64,000 nt of DNA, taken from contig NW_024704742.1 of assembly GCF_018977255.1 (NCBI RefSeq), positions 68,884,001-68,948,000 on the forward strand. The letters are read 5' to 3'. Under the pieces are notes generated by a model. The model searched no databases and was not told where the DNA came from. It was given only the letters and a program-made list of their open reading frames with translations. The translations under genes were made by a program, and so were the position numbers. Below, piece by piece: positions 10,888 to 23,599 of this stretch; position 1 is the stretch's first letter; the number at the start of each line of letters is the position of its first letter. The stretch is from Callorhinchus milii. Its lineage: Eukaryota.

Positions 10888-12119
10888 TTTACATAATTGT
10901 TTTGCTTCCAAATACTGTCATCTATTTCTCACACTTGCTCATGTGTAATGTGGCTGCTTTATAATTAACACAGATCCCATCTCATTGCAGCTAGCCTGTA
11001 GTCAGTAGGTGGGCAACTCACAACCGTGACTCCTTGTTCTGAGTTTCCCCCCGCTTTGATGACAAGGAATAGGAATTATATTTTGGCGTTAATCTTTCTG
11101 ACAGCTACTCCACTCCTTCATTCTAATCATATATTCTGCCCAAATTTTCATTTATAATACAATAAAAAAAAGTACATGTGCTAATCCATCAACTGCACGT
11201 CCTCATGTTAATTTTTAACAATGCTCTATACATTATTAATATCGCTACCAGGTACAATTTATCTTTTTCCTTCCTTTTCTAAAGCAGCCTTCTTATTTAA
11301 ATTAATGCCTTTGCCGACTTTGTGAAACGTGTTTCTTGACGCAAAGCCACTGGGACCCAAACTGCGTGCAACAAAAAATAATAAATTAAATCAAACAAAA
11401 AAATGTCTTTCTTCCACTGTGAATTACAGTGATGAGGTGCCGTGCTTCGGATGAGACATTAAACTGAGTTCCCATCCATCCCTTTCCTCCTGCAAGGCCC
11501 GTCTCAAGACCCTCCTCTTCCACTGCGCCTTCAGTCACCCTCCTACCCATACCCTTCCTGCCATCCACCCATTCTGATCCCAACCCCCAGCTTCGGTCCA
11601 AATCCCTGACTGTCCAGCGGTGCCTTGAGACATCCTCCTGACATGAAAGGCACTGTACAAGTGCAATTTGTTGTTGTCTGTTGATGTTGTTGCCCGTTCA
11701 GATGGACGTTAAAAGATTCCACGGTGCTAACTTCATAAGAGAAGGGAGCTTCTCCCGGTGCTCTGGTGGACAACAACACCAACAACAACTTGCATTTATG
11801 TAGCGTCCTTCTCGTGGGTAGCATCTTTGAGCATTTAACAGTGGTGTGATTTGATTCTGAGCTGAGCTGGAAAAAGAGAGGAGGTGACCAAAGGCACGAT
11901 CAAAGAAAAAGGCATAATTTGAACATGGGCAAAGAGGGGCAAAATGCAGGATTTAAGGCAGAAAGTTCCAGAGATTCTGGAATGACTGTAAGCACAGTCG
12001 CTTTTACCGCTACAACAATCCAGCACCTAAAATTGGTCATCGTTCCATGACTGTTTGGGGACATTGACCGTGTGCAAATTGGCTTCCACATTTGCCTACA
12101 AACACACAGTCTCTCTACT

Positions 12120-12465
12120 TATAATAATAATTTCTGCATTTGGTATAGCCCATTATCAAGTTGTTGAGACGTCTCAAAGTGTTTCACAGAATATACCGTA
12201 AAGTAAATTGACTGTATATTTTGTGCACGAAATGCAGCAGCTAATTGTGCTCAGCAGTGCCCCACAAACAGTCATGGATTGAATGACCAAATTATTATTT
12301 TTTAAAAAAAATTGAAGGAATTATGACTCCTGGAATACGATCCATCAATTGACTGACAACTGGCTTCCTAATTATTGCTAGGTAAACAGAGTAAGAGTTA
12401 CAAGAGGACAAGTGTGGAGTAAGGAAACTTGCCAAAGGTTTCACCCTGCCTGGGAATCAAACCGG
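12120..12465 (-). mobile_element. Family A SINE
   Basis: Reverse complement of the family A consensus. Confidence 0.85.
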
Positions 12466-13364
12466 CCCCCCCAGAGGTTGAGGTTCAGGGCTGAATTGGT
12501 CAGCATTACATTTGGTCTCGGCATTCTTCAAAAAAAATTATAATAATGTGGTCACTCAATCGATTAATGTTTGTGGGGCACTGCTATGTGCAAATGGCTG
12601 TCGCGTTTAGCCCATTAAATATGGAGTCAATTCACTTGACTTCTGTGAAGTGCTTTGAGAAGTCTCAACAACATGATAAGGGGCTATATCAAATACAAGG
12701 ATTATTATTATTTCACCCACAAATATACGGTCAATTCACTTTACAGCATATTCTGTGAAGCGCTTTGAGACATCTAGAAGATGTGAAAAGCGCTATATCA
12801 AATGCAAGGATTATTATTATTATTATATTATTATTATCTCTACCACTACAGGCTTGATCTCCTCTTCTAGACTCTAACCTATTTTGCCTAAACTTAAGAT
12901 GAAGTCCTCTTGAAACTCTACACCCCTTGATCAAATTCTCCCTCCCCCATTGCTACAATGTTAAATCAGACTGAAGCGTGCACTGTCAAACATCCTACGT
13001 AAGATCTTCCAAAGAAACTCATGCTGAGAAATTGAATTTTTTTTTCAGAACAAGCCCTTATAAGGAAAAGCTTCCCTTGACAATGAATTAAATGATATGC
13101 CTTCCTGGGCTATCATTTTTTTTAAACCCATTTTTTTATGCCACATAAATCATTACTTCTGCATTGGGTTTGCATGTAGACTGCAGATTATTTCCACTAT
13201 ATTGCTTCATGTTGATAAGGCAGGCTTTCTGTATGCTATAAATCGTACCAATGTCTATTATACCAAAGTCCATTAACCTGTTGGTAAGGGAGGCTCTCTG
13301 TAGGCTACAGATAGTGTTCAAGTCCATTACTTTGTTGGTGGCTCAGGGTGCTTTTCATAGACTA

Positions 13365-13462
13365 TAAGAACTTAAGAACATAAGAACATAAACATTAGGA
13401 GCAGGAGTAGGCCATTCGGCTCCTTGAGCCTGCCCCGCCATTTGATAAGATCATGGCTGATT
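13365..13462 (-). mobile_element. CR1 LINE 3' end
   Basis: (AAGAACAT)n tail plus AGGAGCAGGAGTAGGCCATTCGGC, matching the end of the CR1 at 56170-57137. Confidence 0.85.
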
Positions 13463-13859
13463 TATGCACTTTTAGTATTTCTGCAGCATTGCTGATAACT
13501 GACAAGCTAATAATAATATAATATTAATAATCCTTGCATTTGACATAGCGCCTTATCATGCCATTGAGACGTCTCAAAGCGCCTCACAGGATATACTGTA
13601 AGGTGAATTGACTATATTTTGCGGGCAAAACTGGGTAGCTAATTGGGGACAGCAAACAGTCATGGATTGAGTTACCAAATTAATTTTATTATTTGAAAGG
13701 ATTATTAACCCTGGAAAGGAGATCCGCCAATCAACTAACAACCAGGTTCCTATTTACTGCTAGATAGACCCAGCGGGGAAAACACGGCAGCCAATTACGC
13801 ACAATAATTGGAGGCACAGAACAGTCACAAAGGACAAGAATTCTTCACATTCGGCTCCT

Positions 13860-14070
13860 ATTAACGCTGCAAGCCTCAATGGGTAGGGTGGTCCTAGCTG
13901 GCCAAGTGGCAGGAAGCTTACCAGACAATAATCTCAATCCATTTAGCTGGCTAAATGCCAGCAGTTACTCCAACACACTCTGTGTCTGGGGTCTCCAAGT
14001 CTTGCCTCTTGCCAATCTGGACCTAAGCAAGGTGCATCCCTCCAGGGAGAGGTTGTATACTCCACTCCAG
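13860..14070 (+). mobile_element. Family B retroposon fragment
   Basis: GGGTAGGGTGGTCCTAGCTGG..CCAACACACTCT..CTTGCCAA collinear with 59520-59750. Confidence 0.7.
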
Positions 14071-14279
14071 ACAACAATAATAATAATAATTTGGTCACTC
14101 AATCCACGACTGTGTGACTCAATCCACGATCCATCGCAGGTCTGATTACCACACTTTCGGTGCAGTCCCCACCAACCCACAGGGATTCCACTCCCGAAAT
14201 TAATTACTTCAGATTAGAGGCCCCATTGGTCGGCGTGATGTACCTAGATTCCTTGTTAAAGAATTCTGTTAACGTGTAC

Positions 14280-14720
14280 CAGCCTGGCTCAGTCAGTTGC
14301 ACTCTCGTCTGTCACTAAGAAAGTTGTGGGTTCAAGACCAAAATCGGGACTTTGAACACACGTTCCAGTGCAGTGCTGGGGGAGCATTGCATTATCAGGG
14401 TTGTTTTCCTTTGAGTGAGATGTTAAACCAAGGTCCCATCTGCCTGTTTAGCTGGATATTAAAGATCCCACAACACTATTCGAAAAGAAAAGGGAGTTTC
14501 TCTTTCCCGGTGTCCTGGCCAACAATTCTCACCCACCGTTACCCCCCCACCCCAGATAAAATTGGTCACTCACTTCATGGTTGTTTATGGGCCATTGCTG
14601 AGTGCAAATTGACTGCTACGTTGGCCTACAAAATACTCAGTCTTGAAAATATAATGTCATGCCTTGGGATGTCCTTCCCACATGAAAGGCGCTATACACA
14701 TTTTGTATTGCATTGTAATG
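14280..14720 (+). mobile_element. Deu-domain SINE, full length
   Basis: CAGCCTGGCTCAG A-box head, GGTTCAAG B box, Deu core, L2-type tail. Confidence 0.88.
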
Positions 14721-15824
14721 TGAAACTCTCCGAGACATCCTCCTGACATGTATTTGACATTATCAAATACGGTGATTATTTATAATTATTGCTGCATTTT
14801 AGACACCAATAATATAAGAATTTGGGGGAAGAGGGGACATCGGTTACTGGCTAGATAATGGTGTTGACAATGCTACAAATATTGTTGCCAACATCAACAA
14901 TAACCTGCATTTATATAAATGTCCCTCATGCAGGGTGGAGTCCAGAGCGCTTGACGGTGTGAGGAAACATCTCTCCTAGCTTTGTGTAGCTCCAAATCTG
15001 TTTTGTTAATAAAACAATAAAATGTGTAAGACAACAAAGCAATAACATTTTCACTAGAAACAACAGAGACATTCATTAGCCTCAACGGATACTTCTCAAC
15101 CATCCCGTCCCATCCCCCCCATTCCACCCGCCCCTCCCCAGCCCCCTCCTGACTGGATTCAAAGTAAATTGTCGCCCACAGAACTCTGCATCCTACCCAC
15201 CCACACGCACCACCCTCAGCTCCCACACCCAGCTCAGATGCCCAGCCAACAGTAGTGTGAAGAGCTTTGGGATGTGAAAAGCACTGTATAAATGTATATT
15301 TGTATGACATTGTATTATACCTCCAAAGACATGGATCAAAATCTTCCCTAATGTGCATAGAAAATTATATGATTGATGTGGTGCAGTTATGAAATGCTTG
15401 TTTACTTAACTATTTGGAAAAAAATATATGTTTTGCTGTTGTCACCACATTATATGTGTATTTTTCTCGTAACATGCCTTTCACTGTGTCGCCTGATAGA
15501 ATCAATCTCTTTCTCTTCTGTGGTATTATGTACATAAGAAGATTTCTCTGGGAGGTTGGGCTCAAGTCAATACAATGGAGTCAGCCTCTTCTCTCCTTCC
15601 TCTCCTCTCCTCTCCGTCCTGTCATACATCATGGAAAGAACTTGTCCCACTGTCCTGGCCAACAGTCCTCCCAGATAAAATGAGTCACTTGCTTCATGGC
15701 TGTTTGTGGGACATTGCTGTGCACAAATTGACTGCCCCATCTGCCTACAAAATACAGTCACTACACTTTTACAGTAAATCCTGTGAAGTACTTTGAAACA
15801 TTTTGACAACACAGATGGGATATA

Positions 15825-16035
15825 ACTTGCCAAGGGGGAAGCTGAAAGATCTAGGGGTGTTAGTTGACTCATCGTTCACTAAGTCAAAACAGGGTGAGGC
15901 AGTCACCAATAAGGCAAACAGGAAGCTGGACTTTATTACTAAATCAGTTGAGTTCAGATCCTCATATGTCATACTCAGACAGGACAGGGCTCTGGACAGG
16001 CCACACCTTGAGTATTATGTACAGTCCTTGTGATG
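15825..16035 (+). mobile_element. Old CR1 RT C-terminal fragment (resumes ~16455-16515)
   Basis: KDLGVLVD...KANRKLDFI...RPHLEYYVQ. Confidence 0.85.
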
Positions 16036-16122
16036 GGAATATTCCCGTGAATGCCTCCACACCCCAAGCACTGACAGCATCACTAACCAAGGATTCATAC
16101 ATTCCACCTTACTAAGCCAGTC

Positions 16123-16230
16123 CGTAAACAGGGTGGTATTGGCCGAATGCAGATTCCACTCGTTGCTGACCTGACTAAGTCCATCTTGGAGGACTATGGT
16201 GTTCTGAAGGAAGATGAAGGAATTGCTTTC
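16123..16230 (+). pseudogene. PRDX1/2: Peroxiredoxin (2-Cys, PRDX1/2-type) coding fragment, 36 codons
   Basis: [36 protein letters not shown] matches the conserved PRDX segment (R/K)KQGGLGxMxIPLxxDxxxxIxxDYGVLKxDEGIxF; no donor site; fused to L2 sequence. Confidence 0.88.
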
Positions 16231-16430
16231 TTGTTTGATCCTCAATTATCCTTTCTACCCCACATCCGTGCCATGGCCCGCTCTGCATTCCCCCACCTCT
16301 GCAACATCGCCCAGCTCCCATCACACAGAGGATACAGTTCAAGATCCTAGTTCTCACCTTCAAAGCCTTCCACTGCACTGTCTCACCCCGCAGGCCGCTG
16401 AGACCCTCGTGCATGCATTCATAACAAAGT
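16231..16430 (+). mobile_element. Scrambled L2 RT C-terminal fragment
   Basis: [19 protein letters not shown], then [16 protein letters not shown], then CLTPQAAETLVHAFIT (out of normal order). Confidence 0.85.
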
Positions 16431-16584
16431 TATTCAGAGTTCTTCACTCAGACGTTAATTAGTGACTGGAACAGGTTGCCAGGAAGGATGGTTGAGACCA
16501 GGACATTAGACTCATTGCTGTGCATAAATTGACAGCCGAAACATCAAGCAGAATGAATACATTTTCACTACGCTACATACTCAT

Positions 16585-16972
16585 AATAATAATCCTTGCA
16601 TTTGATATAACACCTTATCACATTGTTGAGATGTCTCAAAGCGCTTCACAGGTTATACTGTAAAGTGAATTGTAAAGAGGATTGATGTGAATGAGTGCCA
16701 TCACTTTTATGACAGATAATGACCCATTGCCACGTTCGGTATGACATCTCTGTAACATGGATGGAGTAACAATTGAGTGACCAAATTAGTATTTTTTTAA
16801 AAAAAATTTGAAGGGATTATTACCCCTGGAGCAATCCACCAATCGACTAACAACCAGGTTCCTACTTACTGCTAAGTAAACAGAGATGTGTGGAGTAAGG
16901 AAACTTGCCTAAGGTTTTGCCTTGCCTGAGAATCGTGAGGCGAGTGCTCTAACCAATATGCTACAGGACTCC
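16585..16972 (-). mobile_element. Family A SINE with ~100-bp internal insertion
   Basis: Head at 16972, tail at 16585. Confidence 0.85.
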
Positions 16973-18183
16973 GTATATCAGTATATGAAGCACTGAGTGT
17001 GGCTGATAGCATACACAACCTGAAATAGCACATTGAGAAGAATCACTGTATCACCCACCCGTGCTCTGCTCACCCCGTGCCAGCACTGACTGAAATACCT
17101 CACAAAATAATTCACACACAGTTGACATATAATATGAATGATGTGGACATAGTCATCACTCAACCAAGGCCGCCTTGCAAGATATTTCCATCTGTCTTTG
17201 TGACCAGAAATAGCTGAACGGCTCATTCCCTTAAGTTATCTCAGACCTACACTATCCAATTAACCTTATTTTTCTGTCTTCTTTCGGAAGATAATGTATC
17301 ATTAAAGTGATTTTTTTGTCTGTTGTAAGGAGCTCTGCTCCTAACTCATTTCCTTTCTTTATTACTTGACTCTTAGCTCATTGGAGCTCATTACTGTGTT
17401 GTTAATTAGTCCTGTTATCTTGTTAGTAAAGGCCCTTTAGGAGTCTTGATTGTAATTTTTGTGTGAAGAAATTTGTAAATAGCAGAGATTATTGAAGCGC
17501 TCAGTGGCAAGGACTCCTTTTATCAGTCTTGATAGCACCATTGCCTCTGGGTCAGAAGGTTGTGAGCTCAAGCCACCCTATTCTCCTCAGGATTCTGAGT
17601 TCACAGTCTTGGCTGACACTAATTGAGTACTGGGTTAGAGGAGTATTGCAATGGCAGAGGTGGGGTCCTTTGGATGAGACGTTAAATGTTCAGTTGGATT
17701 TTAAAGATCCCATGACTCAATCCAAACAGTGAAGAAAACTTCTCCTGGCTTTCCAGCCAAAAATCACATGGAGTCCTATGTTATAGTGGTTAGAGCACTC
17801 ACCTCGGAAGCGAGAGGACATGGGTGAGATTCCCAAGTGGAGCGAAACTTTAGTCAAGTTTCAATACTCCACGATCTTCTGTTTACCTAGCAGTAAGTAG
17901 GAACCCAGTTGTTATTCAATTGGCGGATCACTTTTCCGGGGATAGTCTTCAGAATTATTAATTAATAATAATGATTTAACATCTCATACAAAGAATGGCA
18001 CCTCCGACAACATTAAAGAATGCAAGGAGAGAGAGGACAGAGTGGAATTAATAAAAAAAAGGCGATTTAGAAAAACAGGCAGCAGAAAAACAGAATGGTC
18101 CTGTTCTGTGCAGTGAGTGTCTGATTTTGGCAGTCTGACTGCTGACGAGCAGAAAATAATATTTATTTGTTTTCTCTTCTCAG

Positions 18184-18787
18184 CAGTTGCTTCTGATTTG
18201 CACGTTCCCGTCCATAAAGCCTCCATAATTGGTGCCCCTGGAGTCAAAGTTGCAGGTATTAATGGATCCAGGTTTGAACATCACAATATGTATGCCTAGA
18301 AATTGGTTCCTGTCACATAAAAACAAACTCTGAGAGGGTTGGGAAGAGCAAACATTGGGGAGGCTCAAGCTGATGAAAGTGTTAAATGCTGTCCACTCCA
18401 CCATGATGTGTGGAGTATTAACTCTTTGGCAAATAAGTGGAGCTTGATACGCTCTGACACAATACTGCACTGAAGTTGAGTGGGAGTTATGTGACAAGCT
18501 TTCATTCTTAAATCCCATTATGTCTATTACCTCCAAGTGGGTAATGAAAGGGAACGACTCCAGGAATATACGGTCAGGCACTGTTATAACGTGGTCATTT
18601 GGAGGCCACAAAATAAGCTCAAACATGTGTTAACATGTCGAGGAGAGAGAAGGGGGAAGTGGCCCATTAGAAAATATTCGCTGGTCAGAACTTCCAACTT
18701 GTCAATCCATTGATAATGTCACTTCTTGTGTGTTGCCAGTGTTTAAAGCTGAGTGTGTACCACACGTGTGCACTCTTCAGGGTGCAC
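18184..18787 (+). pseudogene. Candidate degraded large exon of unknown gene
   Basis: Strong TTTGTTTTCTCTTCTCAG acceptor; ~200 codons readable with 3 stops and 1 frameshift; truncated by L2 insertion. Confidence 0.25.
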
Positions 18788-19390
18788 ATCACCCATCGCG
18801 ACCACATCACTCCCACCCTCGCTCGCCTCCACTGGCTCCCCATCCCCCAGAGGATTGATTTCAAGATCCTCATCCTCACCTACAAGGCCATTCACGGCCT
18901 TGCTCCCTCCTACCTCTCCAACCTACTATCCCCTACCTACCTGCCCGTACCCTCCGTTCCTCTGGCTCTGGTCTGCTCCACGTCCCCCGCCCCAACCGCC
19001 CTACCATCGGTGGTCGGGCCTTCAGCCTCTCAGCCCCCAGGCTCTGGAACTCCATCCCCCAGTGCCTTCGCCTTGCTTCCTCCCTTTCCTCCTTCAAGGC
19101 CGGTCTCAAAACCTTTCTCTTTGACCGTGCCTTCAGCTCCCCTCTCGACTCTCTTCCCCCTCCTCGCTCCCTCCCTTCCCTCCCCTCACCCTGACCATTT
19201 CCCCTCCTTGCTCCTTCCCTTCCCTCACCCTGACCATTTCCCCCCTCCTCGCTCCCTCCCTTCCCTCCCCTCACCCTGACCATTTCCCCCTGCTCGGGTC
19301 ATGACCCAACTGTGCAGCGCCTTGGGACGTCCTCCTGATGTGAAAGGCGCTTTATAAATGGAATCTTGTTGTTGTTGTTGTTGTTGTTAT
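18788..19390 (+). mobile_element. 5'-truncated young L2 with triplicated 3' UTR unit
   Basis: [19 protein letters not shown]; ~35-45-bp unit ending CCCTCACCCTGACCATTTCCCC repeated 3 times at 19157-19290; (TTG)n tail. Confidence 0.93.
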
Positions 19391-19926
19391 ACCATACAGT
19401 CCTCGCCAGGCTCCACTGGCTCCCTAGCAGAGAACAGATTGATTTCAAGATCCTCTCACTTGTCTACAAATCCCTTCATGTCATGGCACCTCCTTACCTT
19501 TCTGACCCGCTGTCTCTGGCCTCCTGTGCCTTGTCTCTCACCATCTTGCGCCTAATTATTTCCATAATTAGGGGTGCAGGGTGCGTCCTTCTGAGAGACA
19601 GTCCACATTCCATTCCAGACATATGAATTTCCCTCATGCCCTCCGCTCCACCATCGGAAACCGCACTTTCAGCCACTACACTCCGAAGCTTTGAAACTCG
19701 CTCTCTCAATCCCACCCCCTTGTTCCCTCCTTCCCCTCTTTTAGATCACGACTGAAGACCTTCATCTTCAACCGTGCTTACGGTCACCTCCTCCCTCCAC
19801 CTGGCTTGGAGTCAGTTCTCCGGCACTGTTAAATGCTCTGACAGACTGCCCTGCGGGAAGAACGCTATATAAATGCAAGTTGTTGTTGTTATACATGCAT
19901 TATGACGGGGTCTGCTTATTTTCTCT

Positions 19927-20135
19927 TGGTCAGCTGGTTTCTGACACGCGCAGAAACCCATCATCGCGCTTTAGAGCCTCCAAACCAGACTAAGAATTCC
20001 ATGCTTCCCACCGGCACAGTGGAAATTCATCTTCTGGAATGGAATATGGACTCTCTCTCTCTCTCTCTCTCAGAGCGACACACCCTGCACCCTAATCACG
20101 GAAATAATGAGGCGCAAGCTGGTGAGAGACAAGGT
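19927..20135 (-). mobile_element. Family B retroposon 3' end
   Basis: TTGGTCAGCTGGTTTCTGACACGCGCAGAAACCCATC; inverted partner at 19528-19633. Confidence 0.75.
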
Positions 20136-21224
20136 CAGGCTGTTGGTGGGGCATTGATGTGGGCAAATTGACTGCTGTGTTCATGTACAAATTACACAGC
20201 ACTGCACTTTACAAAAACTGAGGTGCTTCAATACATTAGTCGGTCTATATCAAGCAAGGATTAGACAGACATACATGGGCCTATTTGACCCAACTAGCGG
20301 AGTGGGATGACCCGGGTTCAAAACCTGGGGGCAAAATCTTAGACAAATTTCCTTACTCCACACACCTCTGTTTACCTAGCGATAAGTAGGAACCAGGTTG
20401 TTAGTCGAGTGGTGGATTGCTTTCTGAGGGTAATAATCCCTCCCAAAAAAAATTGGTCACTCAATCCATGAGTGTTTGTTGGACACTGCCGTGCACAATA
20501 GGCCCACAAAATACATAGTCAATCCACTTTACAATATATTCTGTGAAGCACTTTGAGATGTCTCAACTAAGTGACAAGGTACTATATCAAATGCAAAGAT
20601 TATTATTATTATTACTAGTCCATGTCGGTGTTTATACTCCACACAAGCTTCCACCTCTCCTATTCCCTTCTTTATACCTCTATTCTCTTCTCCCTCACAT
20701 AGTTATCAAGTTTTTTTCATCATGGTTACAGCTTTGCTAAGATGCTTCTTTCCCACTCTGGTATTAAGGGAATAGGAGGCCTGACAGATAGTAGCGGTGC
20801 ATTTGCTGAAGAGCGTTTGTTGCTGTAGATAAATGGTTATTTGTGTTAGTAATTAAAGAGTATTCACAGTTGCCAACTGCTGTGTTTTGATCCATTCTCA
20901 GTCATGCCAAGCAACACAAATGTACTCAAACCCTCCAGAGAGATAGGCCCAGTGCATTGTAATGACAATAACCCAATGTCACAAAGTGCGTCACCGGGAA
21001 ATGCAGTCAATACAATACAATACAAATTTACATTTACACAGTGCCTTTCATGTCAGAAGGACATCTCAAGGTGCTTAACAATCCTGGCTTGCCACCTGAG
21101 CAGGAAGAGCTGAGGGGTGGGCGGGGAGCAGTAAAGATGACTGTAAGAAAGCAAAGTCAAAGAGGTAGGTCTTGATTCGGGCCTTGAACAAATTGAAGTA
21201 GGGAGCAATTTGGAAGGACTTTAG

Positions 21225-21455
21225 GATAGGAACATAGGAAGATAGGAACAGAAGTAGGTCATTCATCCCCTTGAGCCTGTTCTGCCATTCTATTAGATCG
21301 TGGCTGATCTGTACGTCAACTCCAATTACCCGCCTTTACCCCATATCCCTTGATACAGTGACCTAACTGAAATTTATTTATCTCAGTCTTGAAAATGTGA
21401 ATGGAGCTGACATCCACAGCCTTTTGGGTAGAGAGTTCCAGATTTCTACCAGCCT
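21225..21455 (-). mobile_element. CR1 LINE 3' end inserted in an L2 fragment
   Basis: (AGGAACAT)n tail, CR1 3' UTR, flanked by L2 sequence 21010-21225 and 21456-21505. Confidence 0.8.
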
Positions 21456-22134
21456 AAAGGATGGAGTTCCAGAGAGTGGGGCCAGAAAGGCTGAAAGTCA
21501 GACCACACCATTAAAGGTCCAGTGTAGTGACTGTGTATTTATGGGCAAAAGTGACAGCTAGTTTGCACTCAGCAATGTTCAAAATCAGCCAAGGATGAAT
21601 TTAACAAATATAATTTCCAAGGGTGGGGGGTTACAATGAAAAGCTTTCATTTTTGCTACTGTGTAGATTTTTCCCCACAGAACTGAGAGAAGGGCCGATG
21701 GAAGCAGAAAGTGCTGATTCTTTTAAAAGCAAATTAGATAGATTTATTTTAGAAAATAATATTTTGGGATACGTATATAGTTTAGGACATGACATGTGCA
21801 AGCAACTGACAGGATGGTGGAAGGCGAATTGGATGGACTTCGGTTTTCGTTCGTCTAGCAATTCTTATCTTCCTACTCACTTTCTCTCCCTATGTCCTCG
21901 CTGACAATCCTCCAGATAAAATATTAGTCATTCACTTCATGGCTGTTTGTGGAACGTTGCTGTGTGCAAGTTGACTGCGATGTTCACCCCCAAATTCACA
22001 ATCACTACACTTCACAGCAAGTTCAGTGAAGAGCTTAGGGATGTTTCAATAATGTGATAAGGCTCTGTATCAAATGCAAGAATTATTATTACGATATTTC
22101 TCTCCAACTCAGCCTTTAATTCTTGGAATCATTT

Positions 22135-22463
22135 TGGATAGTGTGGTTCTAGCTGGACAAATAGTGGGAAGCTTCCCAGACAGTGTTCTCGATAGCAAGC
22201 TCTGCGATTGTAGCCAATTAAACTCCAGCAATTACCCCAACACACACTCTGGGGTCCCCGAGCTCTACACCTAAAACCTGAATTAGACAAGAAGGATACA
22301 CCTCTCTCAGGAGAGTGTGTACATTCCATTCCAGAGACAGGGAAATTTCCATGTGCAGGTAGAATACCTGTTGTCAAAGGCTGTAATATGGAACTCTCAG
22401 TGTAGTTTGGGTACTCTTAAGCATGGTGATCTGTTTACGCATGCGTCAAACACATGGCTGACC
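22135..22463 (+). mobile_element. Family B retroposon 3' ~330 bp
   Basis: Ends CTTAAGCATGGTGATC..GTCAAACACATGGCTGACCAG. Confidence 0.75.
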
Positions 22464-22791
22464 AGACGAATTAGAAGGGTAATCTACACAGGTAACGTGA
22501 CATGTTTGTCAACGGAATGTCGGAATCGAGTCAGCCCTCTGTGGGGTCCTCGGTATTCCCCCGGTTATCTGGAACTTATAGTTGTTAATTCACCTCAAGG
22601 CTGTTTGAGGGACATTGCTGAGGGCAAACTGTCTGCTGGGTTCACCTACAAAATACACAATCTCTGCACATCACAACAATTATCTGCAAAGCGCTTTGAA
22701 ACTTTATTGAAGTTGTAGGCACTCTGTCAATTAAAAGGATAATTGTATCATTATTATTGTTGTTGTTGGTGGTGGTGTTATTATTTTCTTA

Positions 22792-23125
22792 TGGAGACCC
22801 ACAGCATCGTGGTTAGAACATTTGCCTCACAACGAGAGAACCCAGGTTCGATTCCTAGGTGGAGCGAAACCTTAGATTCCTTACTCCACACTCCTGTTTA
22901 CCTAGCAGTAAGTAGGAACCCAGTTGTTAGTCGATTGCTGGATTGCTTTCTGGGGTAATAATGCCCACAAAAAATAATAATAATTATTATTTTGTCGCTC
23001 AATCCACAACTGTTCGTGGGACACCTCTGTGCGTTTCGATCACAAAATACACAGCATAACCATTTTAGAAGCGCTTTGAAACGTTGTAATTATGTGATAA
23101 GGCACTAAATCAAATGCAAGGATGA
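22792..23125 (+). mobile_element. Family A SINE, full length
   Basis: GGTTCGATTCC B box, core, tail. Confidence 0.88.
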
Positions 23126-23599
23126 CTATGGGGAGTGAAGGAGCTAGGCAAAGTGACTTTAGGAGTGATCTCCAAAGAGCAAGGGAACAGTTAGTTCCCT
23201 GTAAAGAAGCAATCATAAACCAGGTTCAATTTTCTCTGCTGTGTACATTTCCTCCTTTCTTGACTCTGAACGTTACTGAGACAAATCACTGTGTACTTGT
23301 TCAGTGGCTCAGACCAGGAAGGATCTTGTTTATTCTCATGCCGGGCTGCAGTTGGATGGATGCTTCAATGATGCATTGTAAAATGTATTTAACTGTTTGA
23401 GAATACATCTGCTTTTCAGGCTGAGTGATGGCAGCTCTGCATTTTTTTTACAGTCATTGACAACAGGAAGTCTTCGGAGGTCAGACACGCAATACCACTC
23501 ACAAGGCTAGAGGTGTCAGCCTGGTTCGGTTGGTAGCATTCTTGTCTCTGGAACAGAAGGTTTATGGGTTCAAGCCCCACTCAGGACTTCATCATTACA

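Noticed and set aside
18180..18626. 148-aa minus-strand ORF as a gene
   Set aside because: No recognisable domain; splice signals favour the + strand; may be a shadow frame.
19157..19290. CRISPR-like repeat array
   Set aside because: Tandem duplication of the L2 3' UTR with no unique spacers; eukaryotic context and no cas genes.
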